The notes: generated by a model from the sequence alone, not told the origin. 64,000 nt of DNA from Pirellulales bacterium (GCA_963733035.1 CAVTBU010000009.1:128001-192000), one strand, 5' to 3'; positions 1 through 10,209 are shown, counted from the stretch's first letter. Numbers and translations: made by a program.

Positions 1-41
1 ATTCCCTGGTCGACGACGCGCTGTTGGAGCTGCTCGCGTAA
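1..41 (+). CDS. 3' end of an upstream gene (...SLVDDALLELLA*), probably a further paralogue of the two downstream surface proteins
   Basis: Frame 3-41 translates to SLVDDALLELLA-stop, nearly identical to the C-terminus LLDDALLELLA of 124..2454. Confidence 0.7.
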   Translation, partial: SLVDDALLELLA

Positions 42-123
42 TCAGGGCAAAACCGGGAACCGTATCGGCCGTCGCGGCTGCCGATACCAAGGCCATCGTC
101 CGATCATCACTGAGGAGGGGCCA

Positions 124-2454
124 ATGAGAGCGACGCCGAAACGTTCTGCGCGACGGGCACATACAACACGTCGTTCACTATTCGTCGAGCCTTTGGAAGA
201 GCGGCGATTGTTAGCGGCGGCAAGCCCGGTTGGCGACACGCCTTGGCACAACTCCACCTATCGACTTGACGTCAATAATGACTCGACGATCTCGCCGAGT
301 GATCTGCTGGTCATTGTCAACAAGATTCTGAAGGATGGTTACGGCGAACTTCCCACTTCGCCGCCAGATCCCGTCGAGTTTTATTACGACACGACAGGCG
401 ACAATCGGCTTACGGCAGGCGATTTGCTCGCGGTCATCAACGGCATTCTCACGCCACCGGAAGTGAGCATCACGACCGTCACGCCGTTCACGATTGATCT
501 GACGCCGCAAGTCACTGTCACCACGACGCCGCGGGGCACCGCCACGCTGCCCGACGGAACTCCGGTCGAGATCGACGTCGACCTCAACAACGACGGCGAC
601 TTTGCCGACCCGGGCGAACGAAGCCAAACGCAATCGACCCTATATCAAGGGCAGGCGACCTTTGACCTGAATCCCGGGCTCTCGGCCACGCCCGACTTGT
701 ATGATGTCAAGCTTCGAGCCCGCGTCCAGAATTCGGACGCCGTGCCCGGAACATCGGCCGGGCTGACGTTGGGGGTAGACAACCGCACGTCCGACGCACT
801 GCAGAACTACGTTAATGCGCCCGACGATTCATATACCTACAGCCTATACAGCCCGGACGACCTCACCAGCAGCGAGTACACCTATTACGTGCTCAAAATG
901 ACCAGCCAGACGTGGCGGTCGACTGCCGATGTCAATGACCCAGTGTGGGACCACTGGATCGGTGTGTACGTGCCGAACAGCCCAATCAACAACACCGCAC
1001 TGATGGCAATTGACGGGGGAAGCAATACCAACGGTCCTCCGTCCAATTTGCCGGACACATTAGGCGCATTCGCCGTGCTCAGCGGGACCGTGGTATTTGA
1101 TTTGACGACCGTTCCCAACGAACCCGTCACCTTCACCGACGAGACGTTCTCGCGCAGCGAGGACGAAATCATCGCCTACACATTCGACAAATACATGCAG
1201 CACCTTGGTGAGCCAGGCAACGAGACCTGGCCCTTGTTGCTGCCGATGGTCAAGAGCGCTGTCCGCGCAATGGACACGATTCAGACCTTCATTCCCATCA
1301 TACGACCCGGCTCGACGATCGACGACTTTGTGGTATTCGGCGGCTCGAAGCGCGGCTGGACAACCTGGCTCACGGCGGCCGTCGACGATCGCGTTGCGGC
1401 GATCATGCCCGGCGTGATCGACTTGCTCAACATCGCACCGCAGATGGTGCACCACTACGCTGCTTACGGAAGCTTTTCCCCAGCAATCGAGGATTATGAG
1501 AATCTGCATATTTTCGATCGGTTGCTGACCGACGCCGGACGCGACTTGTTCCGAATCGTCGATCCCTATCGATATCTGAACAATGGACGCTTTGACAACA
1601 TGCCCAAGTTGCTCGTCAATTCGTCGGGCGATGAATTCTTTGTTTCCGACTCGGGGCAATTCTATATCCACGATCTGCCGGGCAACTTGAATCGTCTCCG
1701 CTATGTTCCCAATACGGGACACGGGCTCGAGGACACGGCCATTTTCAATAGCATCGTCAGTTTTTACGGAGCTTTTCTGCTCGGTCTTCCATTGCCCCAG
1801 TACTCCTGGACGGTTGAGCAGAACGGCGAAATCCATGTGCAAACGACGGCCTTTCAGCCGCCGAGCCAAGTGTTGCTCTGGCAGGCGACCAATCCGATAG
1901 CGCGGGACTTCCGCCACTATCTGACTGGCGACATCTGGACATCAACTCCGCTGGTGGACCAAGGGGGTGGAACCTACGTGGGCGACGTGCCGATGCCGGC
2001 ATCGGGGGCTACCGCCTATTTTGTCGAACTGACCTTCCCGTTCCCCACGTCGGGAATTCCGCCCTACGTTTTCACCACCGAAATTCACGTGAAGTCCACA
2101 TTGCCGCTTTATCCGTGGCCGTTCGATTCGGTGTCCGCGGATGCAACTCCATTGGTCGATCCATTGGTCGCAATGGCGGTGGGCAGCGGCGCGGTTCTAT
2201 TGCAGGACCCAACTCTGAATGCAGTTGCAAGCGCCCTGGCGCTCGACCAGGAATCGTTCGATGGCCTGGACGAAGCCGACGTCGCCTCGCTGCCGGTGGT
2301 GCCTGTGGCGGCATACGTTGCCAACCCGACGGTTCGTTCCGCGATTCCCCTCGATGCAAAGAACCCGCCCGATGCCCCCGGAGTCGCGGAGGACGAAGTT
2401 GATGAATTTTCTGGTTTCTTGCTTGACGACGCGCTGCTAGAACTGTTGGCGTAG
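124..2454 (+). CDS. Planctomycete extracellular protein: dockerin-like domain plus PhoPQ-activated pathogenicity (PqaA-type) alpha/beta hydrolase domain
   Basis: Basic N-terminus with EPLEERRLLA. Dockerin-like DVNNDSTISPSD and DTTGDNRLTAGD. PqaA motifs TSQTW, EDEIIAYT, PMVKSAVRAMD, GGSKRGWTTW, GDEFF, PNTGHGL. Confidence 0.85.
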   Translation: MRATPKRSARRAHTTRRSLFVEPLEERRLLAAASPVGDTPWHNSTYRLDVNNDSTISPSDLLVIVNKILKDGYGELPTSPPDPVEFYYDTTGDNRLTAGDLLAVINGILTPPEVSITTVTPFTIDLTPQVTVTTTPRGTATLPDGTPVEIDVDLNNDGDFADPGERSQTQSTLYQGQATFDLNPGLSATPDLYDVKLRARVQNSDAVPGTSAGLTLGVDNRTSDALQNYVNAPDDSYTYSLYSPDDLTSSEYTYYVLKMTSQTWRSTADVNDPVWDHWIGVYVPNSPINNTALMAIDGGSNTNGPPSNLPDTLGAFAVLSGTVVFDLTTVPNEPVTFTDETFSRSEDEIIAYTFDKYMQHLGEPGNETWPLLLPMVKSAVRAMDTIQTFIPIIRPGSTIDDFVVFGGSKRGWTTWLTAAVDDRVAAIMPGVIDLLNIAPQMVHHYAAYGSFSPAIEDYENLHIFDRLLTDAGRDLFRIVDPYRYLNNGRFDNMPKLLVNSSGDEFFVSDSGQFYIHDLPGNLNRLRYVPNTGHGLEDTAIFNSIVSFYGAFLLGLPLPQYSWTVEQNGEIHVQTTAFQPPSQVLLWQATNPIARDFRHYLTGDIWTSTPLVDQGGGTYVGDVPMPASGATAYFVELTFPFPTSGIPPYVFTTEIHVKSTLPLYPWPFDSVSADATPLVDPLVAMAVGSGAVLLQDPTLNAVASALALDQESFDGLDEADVASLPVVPVAAYVANPTVRSAIPLDAKNPPDAPGVAEDEVDEFSGFLLDDALLELLA

Positions 2455-2511
2455 CGACGGCGAAACCAGACAAATCTGTGCGGTCACCCGACAACCACGA
2501 GGAAATGGCCG

Positions 2512-4884
2512 ATGAAGGCGGTACCGATGCGTGCAGCGCGACGGGCGCGAACGGTGAGTCGCTCGTTGAACGTGGAGATGCTCGAAGAGCGCCGGCTACT
2601 TGCCGCGGCAAGTCCGCTGGCCGACGTCGCGGAAACGCCGTGGCACAACGGCACCTACCGGCTCGATGTCAATAATGACTCGTCCGTCACGACGGACGAT
2701 TTGTTGGCAATCGTCAACAAGGTCTTGCGCGACGGTTACGGCGAGTTGCCCAGCACTCCGCCCGATCCGGTAACGTTGTACTACGACACGACCGGCGACA
2801 ACCGCCTCACGGCGAGCGATTTGATTAGCGTCATCAACGGCATTTTGGCGCCGCCGGAAGTGACCCTCTCCATGTTCACGCCGTTCACGGTGGACCTGAC
2901 GCCCGAGGTGACGGTCGTGGCGACGCCGCAGGGCAATGCCACGCTGCCCGACGGGACGCCGGTCGATCTTGACGTTGATCTGAACAACGACGGCGACTTC
3001 AACGATCTCGGTGAACGCTCACAAACCGAATCGGTACTTTATCAGGGACAGGCCCGCTTTAGCCTCAACCCCGGACTGCTGCCAACGCCGGATTTGTACG
3101 ACGTCCGACTGCGGGCCCGCGTGCGCAATTCCGAGGCCGTCGAAGGCGCGTCGACTCCGCTGACGCTCCAGGTCGACAATCGGACGTCCAGCGCCCTGAA
3201 AGACTACGTGAACGCGCCGAGCACGTTTTCGTGGGAGGAGCAGGCACCGCCGAAATATGGGACCAGCGCGACACCGTACGCCTACTACGTGCTGCAGATG
3301 ACCAGCCAGGTGTGGCGCAGCGCGGCCGACGTGAATTTGCCCGAGTGGCACCACTGGATGGAAATCTACGTGCCGACCGACGATGTGGGAAATGTTGTCG
3401 CGGTTAATTCCACGTCGTTGTTGTTCATCCGGGGAGGGAGCAACACCAGCAATGCACCCAATCAGCCCGACGCGACCATGGCGCAAATCGCCACCGAAAC
3501 GCAGTCGGTCGTGACCGTGCTGCGCGACGTGCCGAGCGAACCGCTCATTTTCACGGATGAAACGCAACCCCGCGAGGAAGACGAGATCATCTCCTACACG
3601 CTCGACAAATACCTGGGTCACATCGGCGATCCGGGGAACGAGACGTGGCCGCTGCTGTTGCCAATGGTCAAAAGCGCTGTCCGCGCGATGGATACCGTGC
3701 AGACATTCATCACATATCTCGACGAGAATCAGCACATTGACAACTTCTTCGTCTCGGGCGAGTCCAAACGGGGCTGGACCACCTGGTTGACCGCGGCCAC
3801 CGACGACCGCGTCCGCGGCATCATACCGGGCGTGTTCGACAACTTGGATCAGGCCGCGCAGATGGTCAACCACTACGGCGTGCTGGGCAAATTTTCCGAA
3901 GAAGTGCGCGACTACACGAACTTTCAAATCTTCGAACGCATCCTGACACCCGAGGCCCAACTTCTGGGCAAAATCGTCGACCCCTACAGCTATCTGCGCA
4001 ACGGCCGCTTCGACAACATGCCCAAGCTGATTCTGAACTCGGCGGGCGATGAGTTTTTCGTGCCGGATTCCTCGCGGTTCTACTTTCAGGACTTGCCCGG
4101 CGATCAGAACTATCTGCGGTACATACCCAATACGGGTCATGGACTGGACGAACGCGCCGTCAGCAGCCGGCGGACGTTTTACGACGCGATTCTCAATGAT
4201 CGGCCGCTCCCCAAGTATTCCTGGACGGTCGATCAGGACGGCTCGATCCACGTGCAGACCGATACTCAGCCGCTGGAAGTGCGGCTCTGGCAGGCGACCA
4301 ATCCCGTCGCGCGAGACTTTCGCCACGGCTACAACCCAAGTGTCATCTGGACGTCAACGCTGCTGGACTCAACCACGCCAGGAAGCTACACCTATGTGGG
4401 GAATGTCGACACGCCGCCCAGTGGCGCCACCGCCTACCTCGTCGAATTGACGTTCCCCAACTCCGTGCCGGGTGCCGACCCCTACGTCTTCACGACTGAA
4501 GCAAGAATCAAGAGTCCAATTCCGCTGGCCGCCTGGCCTTACGCAACCGGACTCGTTGCCGATCCGTCGGCGACCGCCCTGGTCGAAAGCGAAGTGGCAA
4601 GTCCCGCCACGACCCCGTCCGTCGCAACTGACGAAGGATCACGCAATGCTGTCGCCGTGGCGCTGGGGCAAACAACCTCTAGTACGGTAGCTTTTCAGGC
4701 GGCCGCAAACCCGTTCGTCGACTTACCCGCTGCTCCCGTCAGCTCAACCGTGAGCATGTCACCCAGCATGCTATTGGAAGTTCCCAGCGGCGACGAAAGT
4801 TTGGCGATTGAGCCCAACGCCGGTCCCGACGCGAACCTCGTCGACCATTTGCTCGACTCGACGCTCGACGAACTATTGGCCTAA
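2512..4884 (+). CDS. Paralogue of the preceding dockerin + PqaA-type protein
   Basis: Same architecture: EMLEERRLLA, DVNNDSSVTTDD, GESKRGWTTW, PNTGHGL, C-terminal LLDSTLDELLA. Confidence 0.85.
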   Translation: MKAVPMRAARRARTVSRSLNVEMLEERRLLAAASPLADVAETPWHNGTYRLDVNNDSSVTTDDLLAIVNKVLRDGYGELPSTPPDPVTLYYDTTGDNRLTASDLISVINGILAPPEVTLSMFTPFTVDLTPEVTVVATPQGNATLPDGTPVDLDVDLNNDGDFNDLGERSQTESVLYQGQARFSLNPGLLPTPDLYDVRLRARVRNSEAVEGASTPLTLQVDNRTSSALKDYVNAPSTFSWEEQAPPKYGTSATPYAYYVLQMTSQVWRSAADVNLPEWHHWMEIYVPTDDVGNVVAVNSTSLLFIRGGSNTSNAPNQPDATMAQIATETQSVVTVLRDVPSEPLIFTDETQPREEDEIISYTLDKYLGHIGDPGNETWPLLLPMVKSAVRAMDTVQTFITYLDENQHIDNFFVSGESKRGWTTWLTAATDDRVRGIIPGVFDNLDQAAQMVNHYGVLGKFSEEVRDYTNFQIFERILTPEAQLLGKIVDPYSYLRNGRFDNMPKLILNSAGDEFFVPDSSRFYFQDLPGDQNYLRYIPNTGHGLDERAVSSRRTFYDAILNDRPLPKYSWTVDQDGSIHVQTDTQPLEVRLWQATNPVARDFRHGYNPSVIWTSTLLDSTTPGSYTYVGNVDTPPSGATAYLVELTFPNSVPGADPYVFTTEARIKSPIPLAAWPYATGLVADPSATALVESEVASPATTPSVATDEGSRNAVAVALGQTTSSTVAFQAAANPFVDLPAAPVSSTVSMSPSMLLEVPSGDESLAIEPNAGPDANLVDHLLDSTLDELLA

Positions 4885-4901
4885 GCTGCCAATCTGGCCG
4901 C

Positions 4902-5943
4902 TCAGCCGCCAACGGGGATGGCAAAGTTGCCTTGCAGGTCGTGCCACACGGTATGGACGTGATTGGCCGGATTGCCGGCCGAATCGGGCTGGGTGTTGTT
5001 GAACTCGATCAGGAACGACTTGCCCTGGACGCGGTAGTCGTGTCCGATGCCGGGCTTGTCCGCGCCCGCCCAGCAGAACGTCACGCCGTCGATGCCGTTG
5101 GATTCGATCTTCGCCAGACGCGCGGCCGCGACGTCGGCCGGCAGATTGTGGGCGTAGGTCGCGATCAGTTTTTGCAACGTTGCCAACTGCTCGGACGACA
5201 TTTCGCTGGCGGGCAGACCGACCGCGGACGAAATGGGAGGCGACGCTTTGCCAGCGTCACGTACGTCGTTGGGAGCCTTGTCCGCCACGACGGCTTTCTT
5301 GCGCTGCTCGTCATTCAACGAGTGCAATAGGTCGAACGCCAATTGCTCCTCGTCGGCCAGCACGCGCAGTCCTTTTTTGAACTGCGGCCCGTAGTCGGCC
5401 TGCAGCGTCGCCGGATTGGCGCCAAAGAACGTGGGCGTCGAGGAGACCACCTGATTGCCGTCGACCACGAAGTTGAGCGAGAGGTGATGTCCCTCGACGC
5501 TCAATCCCCAGCGGCTATCGGACGATGGCTTGCCAAACAGCGTAAAGTAATACCGTTCGGTGTCGCGAATCATCCCATTCACACGGCTTTTCTCCAACTC
5601 GTGAAGAATCGCTTCCAGCTGCATGATTTTGGTGGCCTTTTCATAGCCGACCGCACTGAGCGCGCTGTGCAGCAGTTCGAACGCGGCCTTACGCTGGCCG
5701 GGCTCCATGTCCTTCACCTGCAGCCCCTTGCGCGAGGGCTTGGGAATGTAGTGCCAATCGGTTCGCGCCGGGCCATCGTACGGGAGCAACGTTTGGCTGC
5801 GTTGGTTGGCGGACAACATATCGACAAATCGCTCGGCAGCGGCAGTCATCTCCGTGCCGCTGGAGGCCGGCTTGAAGCGCGGCACCCAGCGCGATGACAA
5901 GCACGAGGAGAATGACCGGCAGACGAAGTTTCAATTGACGCAT
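4902..5943 (-). CDS. DUF3500-family protein with signal peptide; apparent frameshift near 5878
   Basis: Motifs WHYIPK, WGLSVEGHHLSLN, TPTFFGANP, LIEFNNTQ, NHVHTVW. The signal peptide MRQLKLRLPVILLVLVIALGAA (ATG 5943) lies in another frame. Confidence 0.75.
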
Positions 5944-6059
5944 GGCAATCGCTCTGTCGTTAACGAGGTTGGCGGGCAGGTTAGGCGCGACGGCATCAGT
6001 ATAACCGAACGCGCGGCTCGATTCCCAGCCGTGGGGAATCGCGGCGATTTGGCGTGAAA

Positions 6060-6666
6060 TCAACGCTCGTGATTATCCGCTCGAAGGTCACCGCGATGGT
6101 GGCCACCGTCGAAGTGCAGATGCACGTTGGGCAGAGCTTCGCCCAAGGCCGTCATCCCTGCTTCGGTGCCCCGTGTACCATCCAGATACAAGGAACGCAG
6201 GCTCGGCACGTCATGTAGGTGCGCAAGTCCGACGTCTGTAAGCGGGGCGTCGATCAGGTGCAAATGTTCCAGCTCATCGAGATTCCGAAGGGCGACGATT
6301 CCATCGTCCGTGAGCTGCGCTGGCCAGGCGGAGCTGCTGAAGGTGTTTCATCGCCGCGATTTGTGCGAGTCCAGCATCAGTAATCGTTGTGCGCGAAAGG
6401 TTGATCCGCCGGAGCTTGTCTTCGAGCCCGGCCAGGTGCCGCAGGTCGTCGTCGGTGACAAGCTGGTCGTCCACGCGAATCTGCTCGGACTTCCCGTCGC
6501 GAACCGCTTCGGCCTGCTCGGCGAAGCTCGGATCGGCGGAAACGCCTACCGGCTGCGGCGGCATCTCGGTCGCTGGTTCCACGCAAGAGGAAAGACCCAC
6601 GCAGAGCAGCAAGCAGCCCAGACCGGACCAGCGCGAGGCCACAAAACATTGTGCGACGATTGGCAT
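6060..6666 (-). CDS. Leucine-rich-repeat lipoprotein; apparent frameshift near 6318
   Basis: Lipobox-like LSSC. LRR units LRRINLSRTTITDAGL, LEHLHLIDAPLTDVGL and LRSLYLDGTRGTEAG are split over two frames at AGCG/CAGCTC. Confidence 0.7.
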
Positions 6667-6674
6667 GAGAATCC

Positions 6675-7160
6675 TCAGGTGCGGCAACTGGGGCAAGCCA
6701 TCACGTAGCGGGTCATGCCGCGGCGCACTTGCCGAAGCGTCATGACGGCGCCGCAGCGCGGGCAGTATTCCGCTGGACCACTCGATTCGCCACGGTCGCT
6801 CTTTGCCTGACACGCCACGCACAGTTCGGCACGGGGAAAGATTTCCAGTCGCTCAGGGGGGATCGGCTGGTCGCAGGCGGCGCACTTGCGGGCCATGCCC
6901 CATTCTTCATCGTTGGTCTCGTCCTCGGCGGCGGTCGCCGTCAGGCCGATCGCCTGGCACTTGGGACAAGTTAATCGCGTTGTCGCGGCCCGGAGCAACT
7001 CGGGCAGATGTTCCGCCTCGGGCGCGGCATCTCGGCGAACCATGCCAGCGGTGCGCAGCCAGTTGAGCATCTGCGTCGGACCGCACAGCGTGCTCCATTC
7101 GCACTCTTGGCAAGCTAGTTGAATCCACTCAGCCACACGATCCTCCGCTGGGGGCATCAT
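6675..7160 (-). CDS. Multi-zinc-ribbon protein containing a TraR/DksA C4-type zinc finger
   Basis: CAACDQPIPPERLEIFPRAELCVAC is the DksA/TraR pattern. Additional CQEC..CPKC and CPRC..CPSC pairs. Confidence 0.75.
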   Translation of the reverse strand: MMPPAEDRVAEWIQLACQECEWSTLCGPTQMLNWLRTAGMVRRDAAPEAEHLPELLRAATTRLTCPKCQAIGLTATAAEDETNDEEWGMARKCAACDQPIPPERLEIFPRAELCVACQAKSDRGESSGPAEYCPRCGAVMTLRQVRRGMTRYVMACPSCRT

Positions 7161-7274
7161 TTGCCGCGCGCGGCCGAACTGCGAGCCGTTGGCGGAGTCG
7201 CGGCGCGACAATTATACTCCTGGTTGCGGCACTGCGTCAGGCCGGCCGGACCAACCACCAGGAGCAACTTTGCG

Positions 7275-8159
7275 ATGAGCTTCCCCCGACGAACCTTCTT
7301 GGAATCGGCCCTCGTGCTGGCCGGCGGCGCTGCGTTTTCGACGACGGCCGCCGCCGCGAAGGATGACGACCACTCGCAGCTCGGCAAAACGCCGCATACG
7401 AAATTCGCCGTCAACGTGGAGATGTGGTGGCGAAAGCTGCCGTTCATCGAGCGGATCAAGCAGGCGGCGGCGCTCGGGTTTCCGGCGATTGAGTTTTGGC
7501 CCTACGAAGGGAAGAAGCTCGACGAGGTCACTCGCACCTGCCAGGACTTGAACCTGGCGATCGCTCAGTTTACCGCCTGGGGATTCGTACCGGGCATGAA
7601 CGATCCGAAGAATCACGATCGGTTGGTCAAGAAGATCACCGAAGCCTGCAAGGTCGCCAAGCAGATCAATTGCCCGTTGATGACCGTCGTCGGCGGCAAT
7701 GACCAGCCGGGCATGACGCAGGCCGAGATGCACGAGAACATCATCAAGGGGCTCAAACTCGTGGCCCCGATCGCCGAGGACAACGAAATCATGTTGATCC
7801 TCGAGCCGATGAACATTCGCGTCGATCACAAGGGGCATTGCCTGTACGGCTCGCCCGACGCCGTGCGGATTTGCCGCGAGGTGAATTCGCCGATGGTGAA
7901 GATCAATTGGGATCTTTATCACATGCAACTCAGCGAAGGAGACCTGTGCGGACGACTGAAAGACGGCTTCGATCAGGTTGGCTATCTGCAATTGGCCGAT
8001 ACCCCTGGCCGGCACGAACCGGGCACCGGCGAGATTCACTATCCGCGCGTGCTGCGGCAGGCATACGAACTGGGCTATCGCGGCTACGTGGGCCTGGAAT
8101 GCAATCCGACCGAGGAACTGGCAGCCGCGAAAGCGGTCGCCCAGGCGGACGTGTGGTGA
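7275..8159 (+). CDS. Tat-exported hydroxypyruvate isomerase-like (xylose isomerase-like TIM barrel) protein
   Basis: RRTFL Tat motif. Motifs GFPAIEFW, LEPMN, WDLYHMQ, QLADTPGRHEPGTGEI, GYVGLE. GGAG RBS at 7261. Confidence 0.85.
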   Translation: MSFPRRTFLESALVLAGGAAFSTTAAAAKDDDHSQLGKTPHTKFAVNVEMWWRKLPFIERIKQAAALGFPAIEFWPYEGKKLDEVTRTCQDLNLAIAQFTAWGFVPGMNDPKNHDRLVKKITEACKVAKQINCPLMTVVGGNDQPGMTQAEMHENIIKGLKLVAPIAEDNEIMLILEPMNIRVDHKGHCLYGSPDAVRICREVNSPMVKINWDLYHMQLSEGDLCGRLKDGFDQVGYLQLADTPGRHEPGTGEIHYPRVLRQAYELGYRGYVGLECNPTEELAAAKAVAQADVW

Positions 8160-8169
8160 GGGCGTGGTC

Positions 8170-8813
8170 GAGTTGGCGTCCGATTGAGAAGGGGCTCCAA
8201 CGATTCTGATTCGTTTCGCGAGCACGTTCGTTCGCCGACGTCGACTCCCAATGTTTTGGGCTCCCGAAGGGGCAACTGTAAGCAATTAAAAACAGGATGT
8301 TGATAAAAAACCACCAAGGGCACAAAGGACGAATTGAAAACAAAAAAACCAAAACGCCAGCGCGCAAGGGTGCGCACGGCGTTTGGTTGGACGCTTTTTA
8401 AAAACAGAAGCGTGTCGTGCTCGGTTGAGCCGGGATTGGACTTTGAAAGTGGTTAATGGTTGGTCACTCCTCGGCCATCGACCGAGCGGCGCGACACGCG
8501 GCATGCAGCACGAAGCACTCGTTTTACCAGTACGTCAAGTGACGGCGGCTTCCGCCACCGCCAAGCCAGGCTAAAAAACCTTCGTGCGGCAAAGACAGCC
8601 AGACCTGCCGCGCAAGAGCAGCGCCGTGGTACCCCGGCGCCGTCGTATTGCGGCAAGCGGCGAACATGTGGACGCAAGCGAACCCCGTAATCCTCGTGCC
8701 GCCGAAACGTGTCGGCGGGGATGGGCAGGTTCCAAAGACAAGACAACCAAGGTCCCAGGCTTGTTGCTCGTCCACACGTCGCAGGCCATCCGACCGCGGG
8801 TGAGTATGCCGCA
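8170..8813. other. Long non-coding intergenic region with several strong stem-loops; candidate structured RNA
   Basis: Inverted repeats at 8170-8180/8237-8247, 8347-8388, 8410-8428/8478-8499 and 8649-8655/8807-8813 with nested stems. No convincing ORF. Confidence 0.4.
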
Positions 8814-8959
8814 GGTGCTGGCCCGATTTCAAGCAGCTATTTTTGTTCGCTCGTCGCAGCGGCACTCCCGTTCTTCGCATTAACCGCTCTGGTTGGCGTA
8901 CCTGTCGCGGCTCGAATAGACTTGGCCTGTACGCACATCCCCGTATTCGGAGCCCTGGC

Positions 8960-10093
8960 ATGCAACACCCTTTCAGTCGCCGCGGTTGGCATCGCCTGAT
9001 CGTCTTCGCGATCGCGCAGGTTCTCTGGATCGCAGGATCTGGCTTACTGCTGGCCGAAGAAGAACCGGTGCGGCGCTATCTGTACGTCGCGGTGCCGGGA
9101 GTGCGAGACTACCTGGAATACGGCGGTCACGGGTTGCTGGTATTCGATATCGACCACGACTACCAGTTCGTCAAACGCATTCGCACTGCTGGTCTGAGCC
9201 ACAAGGGCAAGCCGCTCAACGTCAAAGGCATTTGCGGCTCCGAGGTAACCGGCCGGCTGTACATCAGCACGATCAAGCAACTGATGTGCCTGGACATCGA
9301 AGCCGACACGATTCGCTGGGAGCGACCCTACCTGGCCGGCTGCGACAGGATGTCGATCACGCCGGACGGCCAGACGATTTACTTACCATCGTTGGAAGGT
9401 CCCATTTGGTACGTGGTCAGTGCGACCGAGGGACACGTGCTGCGGGAGATCCGGCGCGACTCTGGAGCACACAACACCATCGTCGGACTGTCGGGCAAAT
9501 TCGCCTATCTGGCCGGATTGCGGTCGCCCCTGTTGAGCGTTGTCAGCACGGCAGACGACAGCGTGCGGACGGTCGGCCCGTTTGGCAACAGCATTCGGCC
9601 GTTCACGATAAACGGCCGCGAAACGCGGTGCTACGTCAACGTCAACGATTTGCTCGGCTTCGAGATCGGCAACGTCCAGACCGGCGAGCGGCTGCATCGC
9701 GTGGAGGTCGCAGGGTTCGAAAAAGGACCCGTCAAACGGCACGGTTGCCCCAGCCACGGCGTGGGACTGACGCCCGACGAGCGAGAGGTGTGGGTTACCG
9801 ACGCCCATAACCGCCGGATGCACGTCTTCGACAACACGGTCGAACCGCCGAAGCAAGTGGCCAGCATCGAACTGCGCGACGAGCCGGGCTGGATCACATT
9901 CAGCCTCGACGGACGCCATTGCTGGCCCTCGACGGGCGACGTGGTCGATACGCAAACGCGGCAAATTGTTGCTCGACTGACCGACGAACAGGGCCGCGCC
10001 GTGCAGAGCGAAAAGATGATTGAAGTGCACTTGCAGGGGGGCAAGCCGGTGCGGCTGGGGAATCAGTTTGGAATTGGGCGGGTGGTGGATTAG
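8960..10093 (+). CDS. Secreted YncE/YVTN-like beta-propeller protein
   Basis: Hydrophobic signal segment. Repeats such as MSITPDGQTIY, HGVGLTPDEREVWV, WITFSLDGRHCW. Confidence 0.7.
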   Translation: MQHPFSRRGWHRLIVFAIAQVLWIAGSGLLLAEEEPVRRYLYVAVPGVRDYLEYGGHGLLVFDIDHDYQFVKRIRTAGLSHKGKPLNVKGICGSEVTGRLYISTIKQLMCLDIEADTIRWERPYLAGCDRMSITPDGQTIYLPSLEGPIWYVVSATEGHVLREIRRDSGAHNTIVGLSGKFAYLAGLRSPLLSVVSTADDSVRTVGPFGNSIRPFTINGRETRCYVNVNDLLGFEIGNVQTGERLHRVEVAGFEKGPVKRHGCPSHGVGLTPDEREVWVTDAHNRRMHVFDNTVEPPKQVASIELRDEPGWITFSLDGRHCWPSTGDVVDTQTRQIVARLTDEQGRAVQSEKMIEVHLQGGKPVRLGNQFGIGRVVD

Positions 10094-10209
10094 CAGGGAG
10101 GCGGTTAGCCAATTTCCACGGTACTGGCCCCCTCCATCTTGCTCGATTACACTAAAGGCTCTCGCCAACCTTCTACCCGCCCGCATTGTTTCACAGGAGA
10201 GAGCTCCCC

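Noticed and set aside
8286..8504. 72-aa minus-strand ORF as a leader peptide
   Set aside because: No RBS or family resemblance, it runs through the hairpins, and there is no downstream co-oriented gene.
8272..8609. Cobalamin riboswitch-like fragments GCAACTGTAAGC (8272) and AGCCAGACCTGCC (8597)
   Set aside because: About 315 nt apart. The GGGAA, CCCGC, GCCACTG and GGGAAG core elements are missing, and no B12-related gene follows.
8680..8765. TPP- or c-di-GMP-riboswitch resemblance (GAACCTG on the minus strand; GGACGCAA on the plus strand)
   Set aside because: Lacks CTGAGA/ACCTGAT for TPP and the GGCAAA-stem-GAAA arrangement for c-di-GMP-I.
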